Under the pieces are notes generated by a model. It was not told the origin of the DNA. It ran no database searches and was given only the letters and a program-made list of their open reading frames with translations. A stretch of DNA of 64,000 nucleotides. It comes from Octopus bimaculoides. Its lineage: Eukaryota. The DNA lies in NCBI RefSeq assembly GCF_001194135.2, contig NC_068992.1, forward strand, positions 30,161,816 to 30,225,815, written 5' to 3'. Each line of letters starts with the position of its first letter. Within the stretch, counting starts at the first letter, position 1. Below, piece by piece: positions 25,385 through 40,289 of this stretch. The translations under genes and the position numbers were made by a program.

Positions 25385-25743
25385 NNNNNNNNNNNNNNNN
25401 NNNNNNNNNNNNNNNNNNNNNNNNNNNNNNNNNNNNNNNNNNNNNNNNNNNNNNNNNNNNNNNNNNNNNNNNNNNNNNNNNNNNNNNNNNNNNNNNNNNN
25501 NNNNNNNNNNNNNNNNNNNNNNNNNNNNNNNNNNNNNNNNNNNNNNNNNNNNNNNNNNNNNNNNNNNNNNNNNNNNNNNNNNNNNNNNNNNNNNNNNNNN
25601 NNNNNNNNNNNNNNNNNNNNNNNNNNNNNNNNNNNNNNNNNNNNNNNNNNNNNNNNNNNNNNNNNNNNNNNNNNNNNNNNNNNNATATACATATATATAT
25701 ATATATATATATAAAATATGTACATGTATGTATATATATACAT

Positions 25744-25797
<54 letters not shown>

Positions 25798-26961
25798 ACA
25801 TATACATATATATATGTATATACATATGGATATGTGTGTAAGTTTGTGCGGATATTTATGCATAGGTGTATTGAAATGAATGCTCTTTGTACATATTTCA
25901 TCCCTTCAGTGCGAGAGTTAGATATGGAAATGTTGAGCTATATTCGAATATATGACAGAAATTGGTACTATTTTAATAATCACCCAATTCGTTATGTTTA
26001 CCCAGTGAATGATTTCACTTAGAAATGCAGGTTAGATTATTGATTTCCCAACAACTATTATTACATATATATCAACTTATTGAACAATAAATACTACGAC
26101 CCTCCGTTTAGAGCCATTACAACTCTCTTCGCGTACACACAATTTATATATATAAGTTGGATGCGTTTATTAAATTGTTTGTTACTTCTCCATTACATCA
26201 AACTGCAAATCAACATTAGTAGTGTTTGAAATTCTAGTCAATGTTGAAAAACATAGAATAGATCAAAACTCTATTAAAATAAGGTGCTACATGCATGCAG
26301 TAATTTTCTTCACTAATGGGACTAAATTATGCATCAAAACACAACTTAATACTTAGGATATATGTATCTTATTAGTACTATCTTTTCTTTCATCTATACT
26401 TTATATGTGTGTCACTTTAGATTATTTTAACTAAAGATTATTAAACAATTTTTGACTATTACACATATACACTGAAATATGGGTATATTTGTTTGTACGT
26501 ATATACATATGCGTGTCTGACTGTGTTACACTCACACATGCACAAACACATATTTAAATATATATATGTACGCATATGTGTAAAGATATAGCGTGTGTAC
26601 ATATATGTGAGCATATCTAAATATTTGTATATGTGTATGTATATATACTTATATATATATACATAGACACACACATATATATACATACATATATGTATGT
26701 ATATATATATATATATATATATATNNNNNNNNNNNNNNNNNNNNNNNNNNNNNNNNNNNNNNNNNNNNNNNNNNNNNNNNNNNNNNNNNNNNNNNNNNNN
26801 NNNNNNNNNNNNNNNNNNNNNNNNNNNNNNNNNNNNNNNNNNNNNNNNNNNNNNNNNNNNNNNNNNNNNNNNNNNNNNNNNNNNNNNNNNNNNNNNNNNN
26901 NNNNNNNNNNNNNNNNNNNNNNNNNNNNNNNNNNNNNNNNNNNNNNNNNNNNNNNNNNNNN

Positions 26962-26994
<33 letters not shown>

Positions 26995-28022
26995 TACATA
27001 TACATATATACATATACATCTAGATATATATGTGACTACATGAAATGTATTCGATATCGCTGCAGTCATACCTATACCAGCTATGCTGTTCAAAATGTTG
27101 TCTTTAGGATGCACAATAAATTATGTGTACATTCACTAAGCAGAAATAAATCTATTAATACTTGTCCGCAATTTCTTGACAGCAAATGGAAACGTTTACG
27201 CATACTGAATACTTTCAGACGACATGTTTCAATGTCCGTGACAAGTTTGCTCATTACTTAGGAAACAAGAATTCTAAGAAAAGAAGAACGGATGTGAATT
27301 GGATTAGTTTATAAGCACATGAGTGCTTCTAATATGTAAAGTGACGTTACTGGCTACCTTGTTTACGAACAATACCCATGGATTTGATTTGTCATGATTT
27401 TCAGAGAAATATAGCATGTTAGCTATATGTACATCCTTACAAAATAGCTCGTAGGGAACAGTTGCACGCTGGTTTGATAACAGCATGCATAGAATTGCAG
27501 TTGTAGATGGTGTGAAAGAAAACTTTTTCTCTACATATATCCTTTAATTTAAGGTATATGCAAACAGCTTAATGCAATATTAGTTATGAAGAAATATTTT
27601 TGTACAAAATAAATCGTCATTGTTACAATACGAATGGTAATATTTGCCAATATATATAATCCTTATGACACACAAGTATAAAATATCTGGTCTGCATAAC
27701 AGCGTATATATTTCCATCGGCGATTTTAGCTGTACTGAATTGGAATCAATTTTTATGAATTGTAGAATATGCTATGGTATGGCAAAAAGGTAGGCAACTT
27801 GTAATACATCCAGGCAATATATATGATTATATATCGATAAATTGTTAGTGCAACACTTTTCATCAAACTATAAGCATGAAAAGTGCCAACTCCCGAAACA
27901 CTTGGCATTTGTGCCACTCTGTTACTTCTGCTACATATATTTATAAATCTATAAGTATTTATCTACGTACCTATATCTCAATCTCTCTCTCTCTCTCTCG
28001 CTATATATATATATATATATAT

Positions 28023-28883
28023 NNNNNNNNNNNNNNNNNNNNNNNNNNNNNNNNNNNNNNNNNNNNNNNNNNNNNNNNNNNNNNNNNNNNNNNNNNNNNN
28101 NNNNNNNNNNNNNNNNNNNNNNNNNNNNNNNNNNNNNNNNNNNNNNNNNNNNNNNNNNNNNNNNNNNNNNNNNNNNNNNNNNNNNNNNNNNNNNNNNNNN
28201 NNNNNNNNNNNNNNNNNNNNNNNNNNNNNNNNNNNNNNNNNNNNNNNNNNNNNNNNNNNNNNNNNNNNNNNNNNNNNNNNNNNNNNNNNNNNNNNNNNNN
28301 NNNNNNNNNNNNNNNNNNNNNNNNNNNNNNNNNNNNNNNNNNNNNNNNNNNNNNNNNNNNNNNNNNNNNNNNNNNNNNNNNNNNNNNNNNNNNNNNNNNN
28401 NNNNNNNNNNNNNNNNNNNNNNNNNNNNNNNNNNNNNNNNNNNNNNNNNNNNNNNNNNNNNNNNNNNNNNNNNNNNNNNNNNNNNNNNNNNNNNNNNNNN
28501 NNNNNNNNNNNNNNNNNNNNNNNNNNNNNNNNNNNNNNNNNNNNNNNNNNNNNNNNNNNNNNNNNNNNNNNNNNNNNNNNNNNNNNNNNNNNNNNNNNNN
28601 NNNNNNNNNNNNNNNNNNNNNNNNNNNNNNNNNNNNNNNNNNNNNNNNNNNNNNNNNNNNNNNNNNNNNNNNNNNNNNNNNNNNNNNNNNNNNNNNNNNN
28701 NNNNNNNNNNNNNNNNNNNNNNNNNNNNNNNNNNNNNNNNNNNNNNNNNNNNNNNNNNNNNNNNNNNNNNNNNNNNNNNNNNNNNNNNNNNNNNNNNNNN
28801 NNNNNNNNNNNNNNNNNNNNNNNNNNNNNNNNNNNNNNNNNNNNNNNNNNNNNNNNNNNNNNNNNNNNNNNNNNNNNNNNNNN
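28023..28883. other. Largest of 13 assembly gaps (N runs), most flanked by (TA)n
   Basis: Other N runs lie near 24.7, 25.4, 26.7, 34.2, 45.6, 48.6, 51.9, 53.0, 54.8, 56.1, 59.2 and 61.3 kb. Confidence 0.98.
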
Positions 28884-29199
28884 TATATATAACCATAATC
28901 GCAGAAATACCATTTGGTTTGCTCCCACACACACACTTCTCTCTTAACACAAAACGCCCGTTGGTAGAATCATCCTTAATTTCATGTATAAGAATTTCAC
29001 TAGCTCCCATAGGTACTGGTCCATTTTCAACAGGCAAAACCGTAGTGTCTCGTTTAGTTGTGTCTCCAATATTAAGAGCACCCTTGCACCGCCCCTCAAC
29101 CACAGGAAGAGGCAGGATGTTCGTGCAGGGATCGCAACAGATACTCTTTGGGAGGCCACTGCGAAGCCAAAGGGGTCGTCTAGGAAACTGAGTAGTAGC

Positions 29200-30170
29200 A
29201 AATCCGGGCAATACCACGGTAGAAGCAACAGCAGTTGCAGACACGAGAACAGAACCAGCAACATTGCCACCATCGTCACAGTTAACAATATTAGCAACAG
29301 TAGCAATAACACTAACAGCGGCAGCAGCGGCAGTTCCTCAGACCCCAACAACACTGACTACAGCAGCAGCAGCATCGCCGTCAGCATTATCAAGAGCTTC
29401 CCTAACTTCTACAGTAGTAGACCTGACAACTCCTATAGCAGCAGAACCATGTTCAGTGCCAGCGCCAGCTATAATGGCAATAACAGCAGCAGTGGCCCTA
29501 GCAGAAACACAAGCGGAACTACAGCTAATGACACCTCTAGCAGCAATTCCAACTCTCCCACCAATGACGAGGACCACAATAGCAACAGCACCTTCACCAT
29601 AACCGGCAGTAGCAATATCATTACCAGGCCAGCACCGACTCCAGCAGTGCCAACACTAGCAGTCCTAGCTGCAACAACAACGATGTCCGCGGCAGCAGCA
29701 GAAGTAACTACAATAACAACACCAGCAGGAGCAGCACCGACAACACACGCCCACGGAGCTACATTGGATGTTAAGGAAACTCTTTCAAGCAACGTCTCTC
29801 CAACCGCAGGCTCTTCTTCAGAGTTCTGGAAAGGAGATACGTGGCATCACTGGCTACTCACGTCTAGTAACTAAGAGATCATGGGATTCCATACTCGATC
29901 TCAAGGAACCTTCTCGACAATGCAGGCCCCAACATCAACGGGACGAAGCGTTGAAAGTTATGCATAGCTGAACGCACGAGAATCCTAAAAGACTCACTCG
30001 AACCAGGGAATATCCTTAACTCCAGAACAGAGAATTTCGGGCCATGTTTATATTTCAGGAGGTTTCTGGTTTCTTTTTGGAGCCCGTCAGATGGCGGCAC
30101 AGCCGGACATCGATAGCCCATAGCAAATGGAGATACTCCCCAACTGTTACCTTTGAGTAGTGAGGCATTT
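29200..30170 (+). mobile_element. Probable LINE ORF1-like remnant with an Ala/Thr/Ser/Pro low-complexity segment
   Basis: GC-rich island built of gca/aca/agc triplets, then a frameshifted non-repetitive C-terminus ...FQEVSGFFLEPVRWRHSRTSIAHSKWRYSPTVTFE*. The ORF1 assignment is inference; no ORF2 follows. Confidence 0.4.
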
Positions 30171-30815
30171 TCCCTTCCATAAGTTTAAGAGGTTAAAAGC
30201 CAATAGTTTTATTGGATCTGAGAATACGCCATAATGCTAAACCTTTTATGGACGGGAAGCCTAAGGTAATCCCCATTTTTAATATATACTGCTCTACATC
30301 TTAGAATGTGCTTCTTCCTTCGGATTTCTGTTTTTAACAAACGATATGTATATATATATGTACTGTTGTATATACATTATAATGTAGTCTGAAGTTAAAT
30401 ATATATGCAACACGCTATGTTCATTGCTAGTATGGCGAAGAGCGGTATTAGTTTGTCTCTTCGTGTATGACTACCAAAGTGCCGAACAATGAAGCAAAGA
30501 CTCACATACAGTATCATTCATAACTCATCAGTTGTTTATGTTTTATAACGTAGGGATGAAATTGTGTGATTATACATGGTGAGGTCATATAATATGCCTA
30601 AAACTCGTTGTGGAAAGAATCTTATATGACGAGCAATTTAGAACAGAAACAGTCAGTATTTCACCTTACTTCTCACAAAACTGTAAATCCCAACAGATAT
30701 GAAAAAGTATATTGACCATCATCAGTTATAACTGTAAATATAGCTCCTTAACAATTGAGTGTTAGACCCAGCCATGATGTTTGTAGTCAAGTAACTTCAC
30801 TGTTAGCTTCTGAAT

Positions 30816-30958
<143 letters not shown>

Positions 30959-33900
30959 ATTTCTTATCTGAATTAGCAGCTTGGAAAGTTAAGAAACGGT
31001 GTGAATATATTACTATTTTTGTATATATGACTTTTTATCTCTCTTGGGATACCAGACAAATGTAACAATGCTAAATAAAGAGTAGAGATTCAAACAAATG
31101 TTGTAATGGGGAATGTAAAAATTCAAAAGAAATACAAGTAGTTTGGATTTCATTTGCAAGAATTAGGTTGACATCTTGCAACATGTAGCAAGTGTTAAAT
31201 AAAGAAGAATATAAAAGCCTTCAAAATTGTGCCATACCATTGCATTCTAACACTTGATAAAAATGTGATATGAGAAACGGTGCTGACCCATATTTAATTC
31301 AATGCAAGTTTTTTAAAAGTAGAGATTGTGATTCCTTTTGTGTATACTTATTGATTGCTTTTGTGAATAGTAGGTGATTTTATATGAAACCATGTTAGAA
31401 ATATAAGTTTTGTGTATTTTGTGTTATTTATTCTAAATATTGCGATGTGCTGTATATGAAAAAAAGAAAAAAAGGAAGGGAAAACTTGTATTTGGATATA
31501 AAAAGAAACCGGATATAAATAAAAATCATTTCATTTCAAGTTTTCTAGACATTGATAATATTTATAATGAAACAATGGTATTACGAACCATATGGATGCT
31601 TAATAACTTTGTAAATCTTTTGGATTAATAATAGTCATAAATAAAATTTTTTAATGCATAACCTTTAATAGAACCCCTTTAAATCAATATTAAGAAATAT
31701 AAAGCAACAGAAAATATTTTTAAAAGGTAAACTATTACAATATAAATATACTAGAAAATAGTTTGAGGAGAAAATGAATTATTTGATTATCGATAAATAT
31801 TTAAATTTATGTAAATTCAGGCAGTGATTAGCAATCTTCAGAGGGCAAAAATTCCTATTCATATCATTTTATTCAGTATCTTTTATCTGTGCATCATTTT
31901 ATTCAAGAGAAGAAAGGCAATATAGTTTAATTAATATTTCACAATGTCCGTAGATAGTTCTCGTTCTTTATCGATCTGCATTGAATAATCGATCTGTATA
32001 GCAAGTAATTAATAGAATTCATTATAAATATTTTTTAACACAAATGTTTCATGAAGCATGTCAATATTTTCAAATTCTCAAGGACAGTGGATGTTATCAT
32101 CAGTAGAATGGCGGGCGAATGGAGATATGGTTTTGCATTCAAAGTTAGATTTCTACCCGATCGACTTGACGTTTCAGGCCATATTTATCGAGGAATGCCG
32201 CACAGAGTGTAGTAAATGTAGATTAGTGGTTCAGTCTTTTGTGTCGAAGGAAATATAATTTAGAACATACAAGGATTTAGATATACTGTTGAAACTAACT
32301 GAATTTTATTAGTAAATCATAGAGATAAACAAAAGTCGCTAAATACCATTGTCACTAAACTATGTGTTTGAGTTATTTCTCTGTAGCAGAAAAGTTGCAA
32401 TATGCACGGAAGGCCATTTTTTGAAATAGTTTCATATTAGATTCCCCATTCGCAGGTTTTACATATTGGAAACTGTCATTTCCTTACTATGCTGTTACTG
32501 CGCTGTGTATCGATGTTAGATGAGTGATAGAAATTATGCATGATAGAGGCTCGTAACCCAAATAAAACAGTTTGTTATGGTTGCTTCAGTTGTTTTCCTC
32601 GCTGAACATTGAGTATTTTTTTTTAGGCATTATAAAATATTAAGAAGAAATATCTCCCTTTGTATAACGGTAGAATGTAGTTTTAGGTTTAAGGAATATC
32701 TAGGTACTTATTGAACGACATAATATAAGCTGTTTTTGTCATGCTTCATGCCAGGAATTATACAAATCTTATGTAAACTTTGGAAAATTATGAATTTAAA
32801 AAATGGTTTAATGAGTAATGTACCTAAACACATATAAATTTGTTAACTACATTGCTAAAATCTGCTACTAATTACAAGCGAAAGTGTTCCTGATTAACCC
32901 CAGGAGCAAAAGATTAAAAAGAATTAAATTTTAAAATATTTGCCCATATGTTTATGAGTCTATATGTGCACATCCATGTGAAGGCAAGGAATAATCTTTG
33001 ATGCATATTTTCAATTGCGATGTTCTTTCACTTTTTATTTACCAAGAAAATATATGATTATATTCCAGTAACCTATGAAAATCTGCACAATATTTCAAGA
33101 ATTCAATATTTATTCAGATAGTTCATGTCTGCCGGTACTGAACAGAATTCTTAAACATATTTTGGCAAATGAAATCAGAAAAACTGAATTCTGTGTAGTT
33201 AAAAGTATTTATATAGGAAAACAAAATAAAAAAAGCTCAAACGTTTCATGTTACAAATCTATTTCTATCAGAAGCAACGAAGAATTGTACCTTCCGAATT
33301 TAATTAGAGACAGTATCTAACCTAACTAAGCTAAAATATTGCAGCCAATTAGTAAGCATATCGAATACATGAACAGATTTGGAAATGCTGCTATCAATAG
33401 ATTTGATTCAGGCAACGTTACATTACATCAAAAATAGGCAGAGGAAACAGAAAGTGAAAGCCATGCAAATTAAAATTGTAAACTAGATCACGAGTAACGA
33501 ATAAAATGCTTTCATTACTATGTTACCTGTTTAGTTAGTTCATCAACATTAAAGAAAAGATAACGAGTATATCGTACTGAAACTAGACGCATCATACATA
33601 GTGTTTATTCTTTAACTAATTGGAAATCGTTACAATATTGCAAGTCGTAATATAGAGAAGTGTTCGGGTAAACGAGAGAAAAATGTAAGCATCTGTCGAA
33701 CGAAAGCGATAACCACACTATCGATTATTATTTGAAAGACGTTAGAAAGTCATGAAAGTAACTATAATATTTTTCAATAAATTCCAAAGCAGTTGCACAA
33801 AAAATGCAGATCAAAAAATTATAAACATATAGGTATAGCCAAGGGTGCGTTGTTAACGTTAATTTCGAAGGAACCATTTTCACGGGTTTGATATAACTGT

Positions 33901-34343
33901 GTGTCACATTAGGAGTATTGCTGAAAAAATTCTAATTGACATTTGGTAAATGGAATCTGTACAGACTTATTTAGTTTTAAATGGTTACATTGAAAAAGGA
34001 TGTAAATCAGTACCTTCAAAGAAATATTTTGTATATCTTTGCAGACAAATTATCAAAAACCTGCACAACACAGAAGGAGGAATTCATTAACGTCCTCATA
34101 GATTCGTGATGCAATATTTTGGGCCTAAGAACAATTGCTACAAGAAACCATTGCTACATTCATATATATATATATATATATATANNNNNNNNNNNNNNNN
34201 NNNNNNNNNNNNNNNNNNNNNNNNNNNNNNNNNNNNNNNNNNNNNNNNNNNNNNNNNNNNNNNNNNNNNNNNNNNNNNNNNNNNNNNNNNNNNNNNNNNN
34301 NNNNNNNNNNNNNNNNNNNNATATATATACACACACCCACACA

Positions 34344-34395
<52 letters not shown>

Positions 34396-35249
34396 CCTGC
34401 ATGTACATATTGATACATACATTCATACACAAACACAAACACATGACACAAACGCACACAAACATACACACACATACGGACGCATGCACGCACACATGTA
34501 TGTATATATGTACTTATGCATATACATATATATGTTCATATGTACAGATACACGTTTAGGTAGACAGACAAACGCGCGCGTACACACACATGCAACACAC
34601 ACTCAAAAAGATATCCGTATATATAGGTATCACTTAAGCATCAGTTATTGTTATCAAATAATTTATCATATACAATGTATTTGCTAGTGAATATTATCAA
34701 GAAACCCATGAAATGATAGCACATTTAAACGAAAAACTCACTGTGATACACATATATTGCATATATAGTTAATTACGAGCACGTCGATATTTTCTTTATT
34801 GATATTTCATGGAATGATCAGATCTGTCACTTTGTGTATGTGGCCTTTGCGTTTGTGGCAGAAGGCAATTTCTAAAATACAAATAAGTATTGAAGAATGA
34901 AGTGCCATATATTTTGGTAATTACCGGTTATATCTAGCAATCGGAGATTACGATTATGAATAATGCAAGCTTGTGTTGCATTGGTATCCCATATTTTAAT
35001 ACGTGTCGTGCACATGATACTGGCTTCCTTACCCCTGTACTTGCCTTATGAAATTCACGTGGACGCTATTCTTTGATTATAATATACGACAACAGTGAAT
35101 ATGTGCTGAAAATCTTGACCAATATAATCTGTAACAATTATAATAGGAAATATTTTCTAACATTAGTGGTAATTGAAAATGTTTTCCTTGTAAAAAAATT
35201 ATTATATGCTATGATTATAGAAATGCCTTTTGTAACATTACTGAGTCAC

Positions 35250-35610
35250 TGGAGACAGACATTAACAAGAACTTACTCCAGTACCTTGGAACCCTCAAAT
35301 ATCTTCTCTCTCAAAACAACCACCAGTAAGAGTTTCTCCCTAATCCTCATTTACAAATGCTTTTCTTTTATTACTGAAATCTATCAGAAGCGTTTCTTCT
35401 TGGACAGATTCGGCATGAGAATTTTTTTTCATTTCGGCAACAGCAAAGCTTTCTTTCTTATCCTGAGTGTAAATTCTCGGTCCCAATTTCTTGCATATGA
35501 TCTCTGTGCGTCTGCCAACTCTCTGGTTGCAGATTCTTGTTAAATTGCTCTTAACATCTTCTGCACATTACTCATAACATCTCACAACATACCATTGATT
35601 TATCACCACG
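35250..35610 (-). mobile_element. Possible very decayed LINE fragment
   Basis: Purine-rich coding-like remnant on the minus strand with stops; the class is uncertain. Confidence 0.2.
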
Positions 35611-38600
35611 TTAAACAACGCATATTTGAATGATTGGTGAAACTGGTGCTCTATGTTGTTTTTGAGACTGTTGTAATATACCAGCTGCAAGTTTAGTTTC
35701 CAAAAAGCTCTGTCTACCAAAATTCGTATACCATACGCCAAAACAATACAGATTCCACAAATATAGGCCTTGGAATTACTATCTAAAAGTACTAAGCTAA
35801 ACGTGCGGCTTGGAAAAAAACGGAAACGTTAATGCTACTGACATCAAGAAACCCTCGACGCATTTTTCTCTAAAATAATTATGGTCCGTAGACAAGAAAA
35901 AAACCTTCACAATTGCTTCAAATATTTAGCATTATCGTGAAGGACAATTTCACATTTTAAAAATAAATTCTTTATATAGCTATGAAAGCATCATTAAAGT
36001 CGCACTTCTCTTGAAAGCCAGAAGGCATTTCATCCATAAATGATTAATGAAATTCTACAAAACGCAGCTGCGGCCTCTTGCTTATTCTGTGAAATTGCGC
36101 GGATGCATATAGTAATACATCCAATAAAAATCTACTGAATTGATAAAAGGTCTTCGTAGAAAGGTTCCAGTCTCTTGTCGACTGACACTAGAATTTGCAT
36201 TTCATATAGTGACACCCATATGCAATCATTTGCACTTCCATCGAATCTCCTCCCTAAAGTTCACCAATGCTAATCCGAATACCCTGTACCATACAAAGAA
36301 CTCTACGCCCAATTCTTCTTCATTAAACCTGGGCTAACCAGAATACATCCTCACAACCCCAGTTTTAACTGCAGCTGATATATTACAACTGTTCTAAGAC
36401 AACGTTCAACACCCATTTCACCAATCTAGAAAGACACGTGATGGCCTGGTATATTACACCTTTCTTTTGAACCATCCTGTAAAAATAAGGTAAATTAAGC
36501 AATTAAGGTGAACCTAAGGTTAAACAACATATTCAGTTATTTACTTAAGACATTTAAGCTTGCTAATGTAAGCTTTAAGTTGATCATTTTCTTTTAAAAC
36601 TTTATCGAAAAGATGTATTGATGAAACGTGTAAATTCGTGGGATACGCAGAAGTCAGTTAGAATAGTGAACTGACATAAACATTTTGAATACAAAGAATC
36701 AGTTACTATTTCATTCTAGCGTCATGTTTTTAAGTATTAAAATGGGTCACATTATCACAACCAAAAAAAAAAGAAAGAAATGATAAAAGAAAAGACACAC
36801 ATTAAGCTGAAATAGCATTATTCAAAGTAGGATAAATTATATTTAAACCCGGAGTTATGACTACATTATGATTTAATATTTACCTTCGAAAAATGTGGCG
36901 AATAAAAACAAAAGTCGCAACGTATTCTTTTTGAAATTGATTAATTCTTCCATTAATCAAACTTAACCACAACATATATCGTCAGTCTGAAAGAAGAGTG
37001 AAAATATGTCCAAAATTATTCTTTACTAATACGTATAACAAAAATAGTTTCAGCATTACGGTTGGGGGACTTAATTGTATTACAATTTTAAACACTCACT
37101 TAAAGTATATTGATGTATCATTCAATTATTAGTCTGAATAAATAAATATAAAATGAGATTTCTATTATTAAATCCATTTTCTTTGCAATGTGGTGTATTC
37201 GATATGTTTAAGCTGGATATACACAAGATTGTTGCAAAGAGAAAATGTATGATATTTCCAATGAAATGCACTGAACTTTCTTCCATCACTAATCTGAACT
37301 GATTTGATTTGGGAATGTAAAATGCAACACACTCACATTTAAGCATAAAATTAAGACGATAACGCAATTAGAGTTGATCCGGTCCTGAAATAACCTCTCA
37401 TATAAACAATAAATGCGACATATAATTTTATATTGCTATTTTTTATTGTATGACATCAAATATAAGTGAATGATATTTAGTTATGAATAATGTTAAGCAG
37501 TTAACCATAGCACATTGGTGGTATCATTTAACTCAAACTCATTCATATTTAAAGATAACAGACGAATGAAGCAAGCTGCATTAGTTAGTGTTACATATTC
37601 TATCGAATTCTGCTTGCATATTTCTATTGATACAATCTCGAATATACATCACAACATAATACAGGTGAAACAACAATAAATTCTATGTGTTGAAGGTAAA
37701 TGAGTAAAACCGAATTCAAACAGAAGGATTACCTTCTTGTTGCCGTTTTACCGAATGTGTGAAGGATAGATTTTGCTAGGACTACTCTTTACAGAGTAGT
37801 TGCAATACTATCAGATGTAATCTATATGGGTTGCGATACGTAGAATTTGTGTCACGAAAACATATAAAGAAGAATCTCAATTCAAGCTACATTCCATAAA
37901 AATTTAGGTATTACTATTTCACTGTCTGTTCTAGTTACCCAGTATCTCATGTGAGAGCATAACTAATATCACCAGGGTAATCCAAAACATTAGCATCTTA
38001 AAATGTCATGAATGTAGCTAATCAACGTTTGAACATTACTTGTTAAAAATCTGCGAATTCACTTCAAGATTTTGGCAATCAGAAATAAATAACTAGTCAC
38101 GGCCGTTATGGAGGAATCAGAAAAATGGAAATATATTTCCTTCTCTCGGTGGCTTTACCTTTTTATTCGACAGTAAGTGGATTAGTCTCTTACTCTGCGA
38201 AAATAGAGAGAAGTGTATTGATCACTAGACAGTAAACCATTTGACATACATCTTAAGCGAACACATCAATACCAAAAACAACTGTTATAGCAACGGCAGC
38301 AGGAACAAAAACATAATGAAAATCAAAACAAAACATTTCTAGTAAATGAAATTACCATATAATGACAAAAGAGTAATCCTTCAAGAAATGGGAAAGTCCT
38401 CGCTTTATTGTCATTCATATTGATTTTCGTGAAGAATTCTTTAATAAGAATATACAAAATCTGCACATAGTAGTACAGTAATGATGAATAGCAGAGAAGA
38501 TATTCAATATATATTCAATAATAAGAAATTAGGTAGTAATGCTGAAATGCATTTACAAATATATATTCTTTCACACTTTCCCAAACTATGAAAGTGAAAG

Positions 38601-39938
38601 TAGAATGCAGCTTTTGCAAACACCCTTTCCTTTAATGAAAAAAATGATTTGTTCTAATATTTTTCTCTCCAAACGGCATAAACTGCTCAGATACGCACGA
38701 CCAACAGAGAAGGCAAAAGATAAAAAAATAAATGAAAGGAGCACGTCTTACATGAAACGCTCCCAAATGTTATCTGTTGAACTCTTTTAGTGTAAATTAC
38801 TTTTACAACGTTCCCAACTGATCCCATCGAAACGCATGAAAGATTGCTTCGTATTATTTCTAGGCTATCGCTTTTGAATCATGAGCATATATGTATTGAA
38901 TAACATATGTGATAGCATCGATTCTGGATTCTCAACTTTACATAGATATGATTGCAAAATTTTTTTATAGTGAAACAGAATCCCAATATCAATTTATATA
39001 TGGATGCACACATTTTGATTAGAGTATTGAAACTATTTGCCTTCCATTTTTGATTTAACTACATCACAGTATAAGAAATAGTATCTAAATATCATGAGCT
39101 TACATAATTCTATTTAAGTTTACATTCATCACTCTACAATCTCTCGCTTGTTTTTTCATTGAATTTTTCTCCCTCTCATCACACATGCTTGCGTGTATAT
39201 CTATGCAATATATACACTGTTTAAAAATTTATACAAACATGAGTATAAATAAACAAATAGGCTTGACGATCAGAATTACAATGTTAGATCAACGAAATAT
39301 TTCCTTGAAAATAGCAATTACAGATAATAAATCATAATACAGAATATTTTTAAGCCACGTAATGCAAATATAAGCCCGACTGTTGTATATTTTTAGACTT
39401 TAGAGAATTCGGAACTCATCGAGTCTTGTTATATGTTTCTTTAAGTGCCCTCAGATATTTACTACCTGGAATATGACGGTGGTGGCTGTGGAGGATCTAT
39501 AAAACTTGATAGTATATAATATTACGAAAAATATACCAAAATGTATATATACCAATTTATGAGTATGCTAAATAGATCTATTAATCTTGTACATTTCAAA
39601 TGTAGTCAAAAGATTTCAACAAAATTCCAGTTAAATTAGCAAACTTTTTTCTTACGGAACACATTTTTTGAGTAGAGGCGTCAGATACCTTCATTTAATT
39701 ATTTTAATCTTTATGAATTATATTTAGTTGATATGTATTAGTTCTCTCCAAAGCGCAACCCACGTCGGAGGCTGTTGTAATGAGTTTCCTGGGTAAACCG
39801 TTCCATGCGTTTAGATTATTGCGTGGAAGTATTACAAGAAATAAGTTTCAGACTGCGGTTTGGGGATACAACCACACATAGCTAGAGGAGGTGTGAAATG
39901 AGAAGAGATGCAAAAAGAGAGAGGGAGATATAGAGAGA

Positions 39939-39975
<37 letters not shown>

Positions 39976-40289
39976 CGAAAGATAGAGAGAAAGACAGAGT
40001 CACTGAGAGACAGAGAGGGAGATGGGGCCAGTAGTGTGTGCTGTGTTGTTGAAGAAACAATACTCTTTGAAGTAAGTACTACGTTACAGGGAAAATATAA
40101 ACTATTTGTGCAATTAAGTATAGAAAACGTCGTTATACCTGTGACGTGTTAATGACGTGTGTAACTTTTTTCTGTATAGAAACAATTTTAAATACAGCCT
40201 TAATATGAATTTGTCGATGCAGTTGTTATTTTATTCTTGTGTTTTAATGCGTCGAGTCAAAATATTTGCAATATTTTGGTAATTTCTTT

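Noticed and set aside
28919-29191. Apparent Walker A motif GPFSTGKT in a + strand ORF
   Set aside because: The frame has the S/T/P/I/L bias of an antisense shadow, and no Walker B or other NTPase context is present.
11000-30200. Fanzor/TnpB or endogenous viral element in the GC-rich islands
   Set aside because: The 11-12.8 kb island is explained by CRE-like motifs. No RuvC, RdRp, Rep or capsid motifs were recognised in either island.
32051-32212. Short ORF MKHVNIFKFSRTVDVIISRMAGEWRYG...
   Set aside because: About 53 aa, with no motif, splice support or homology that I recognise.
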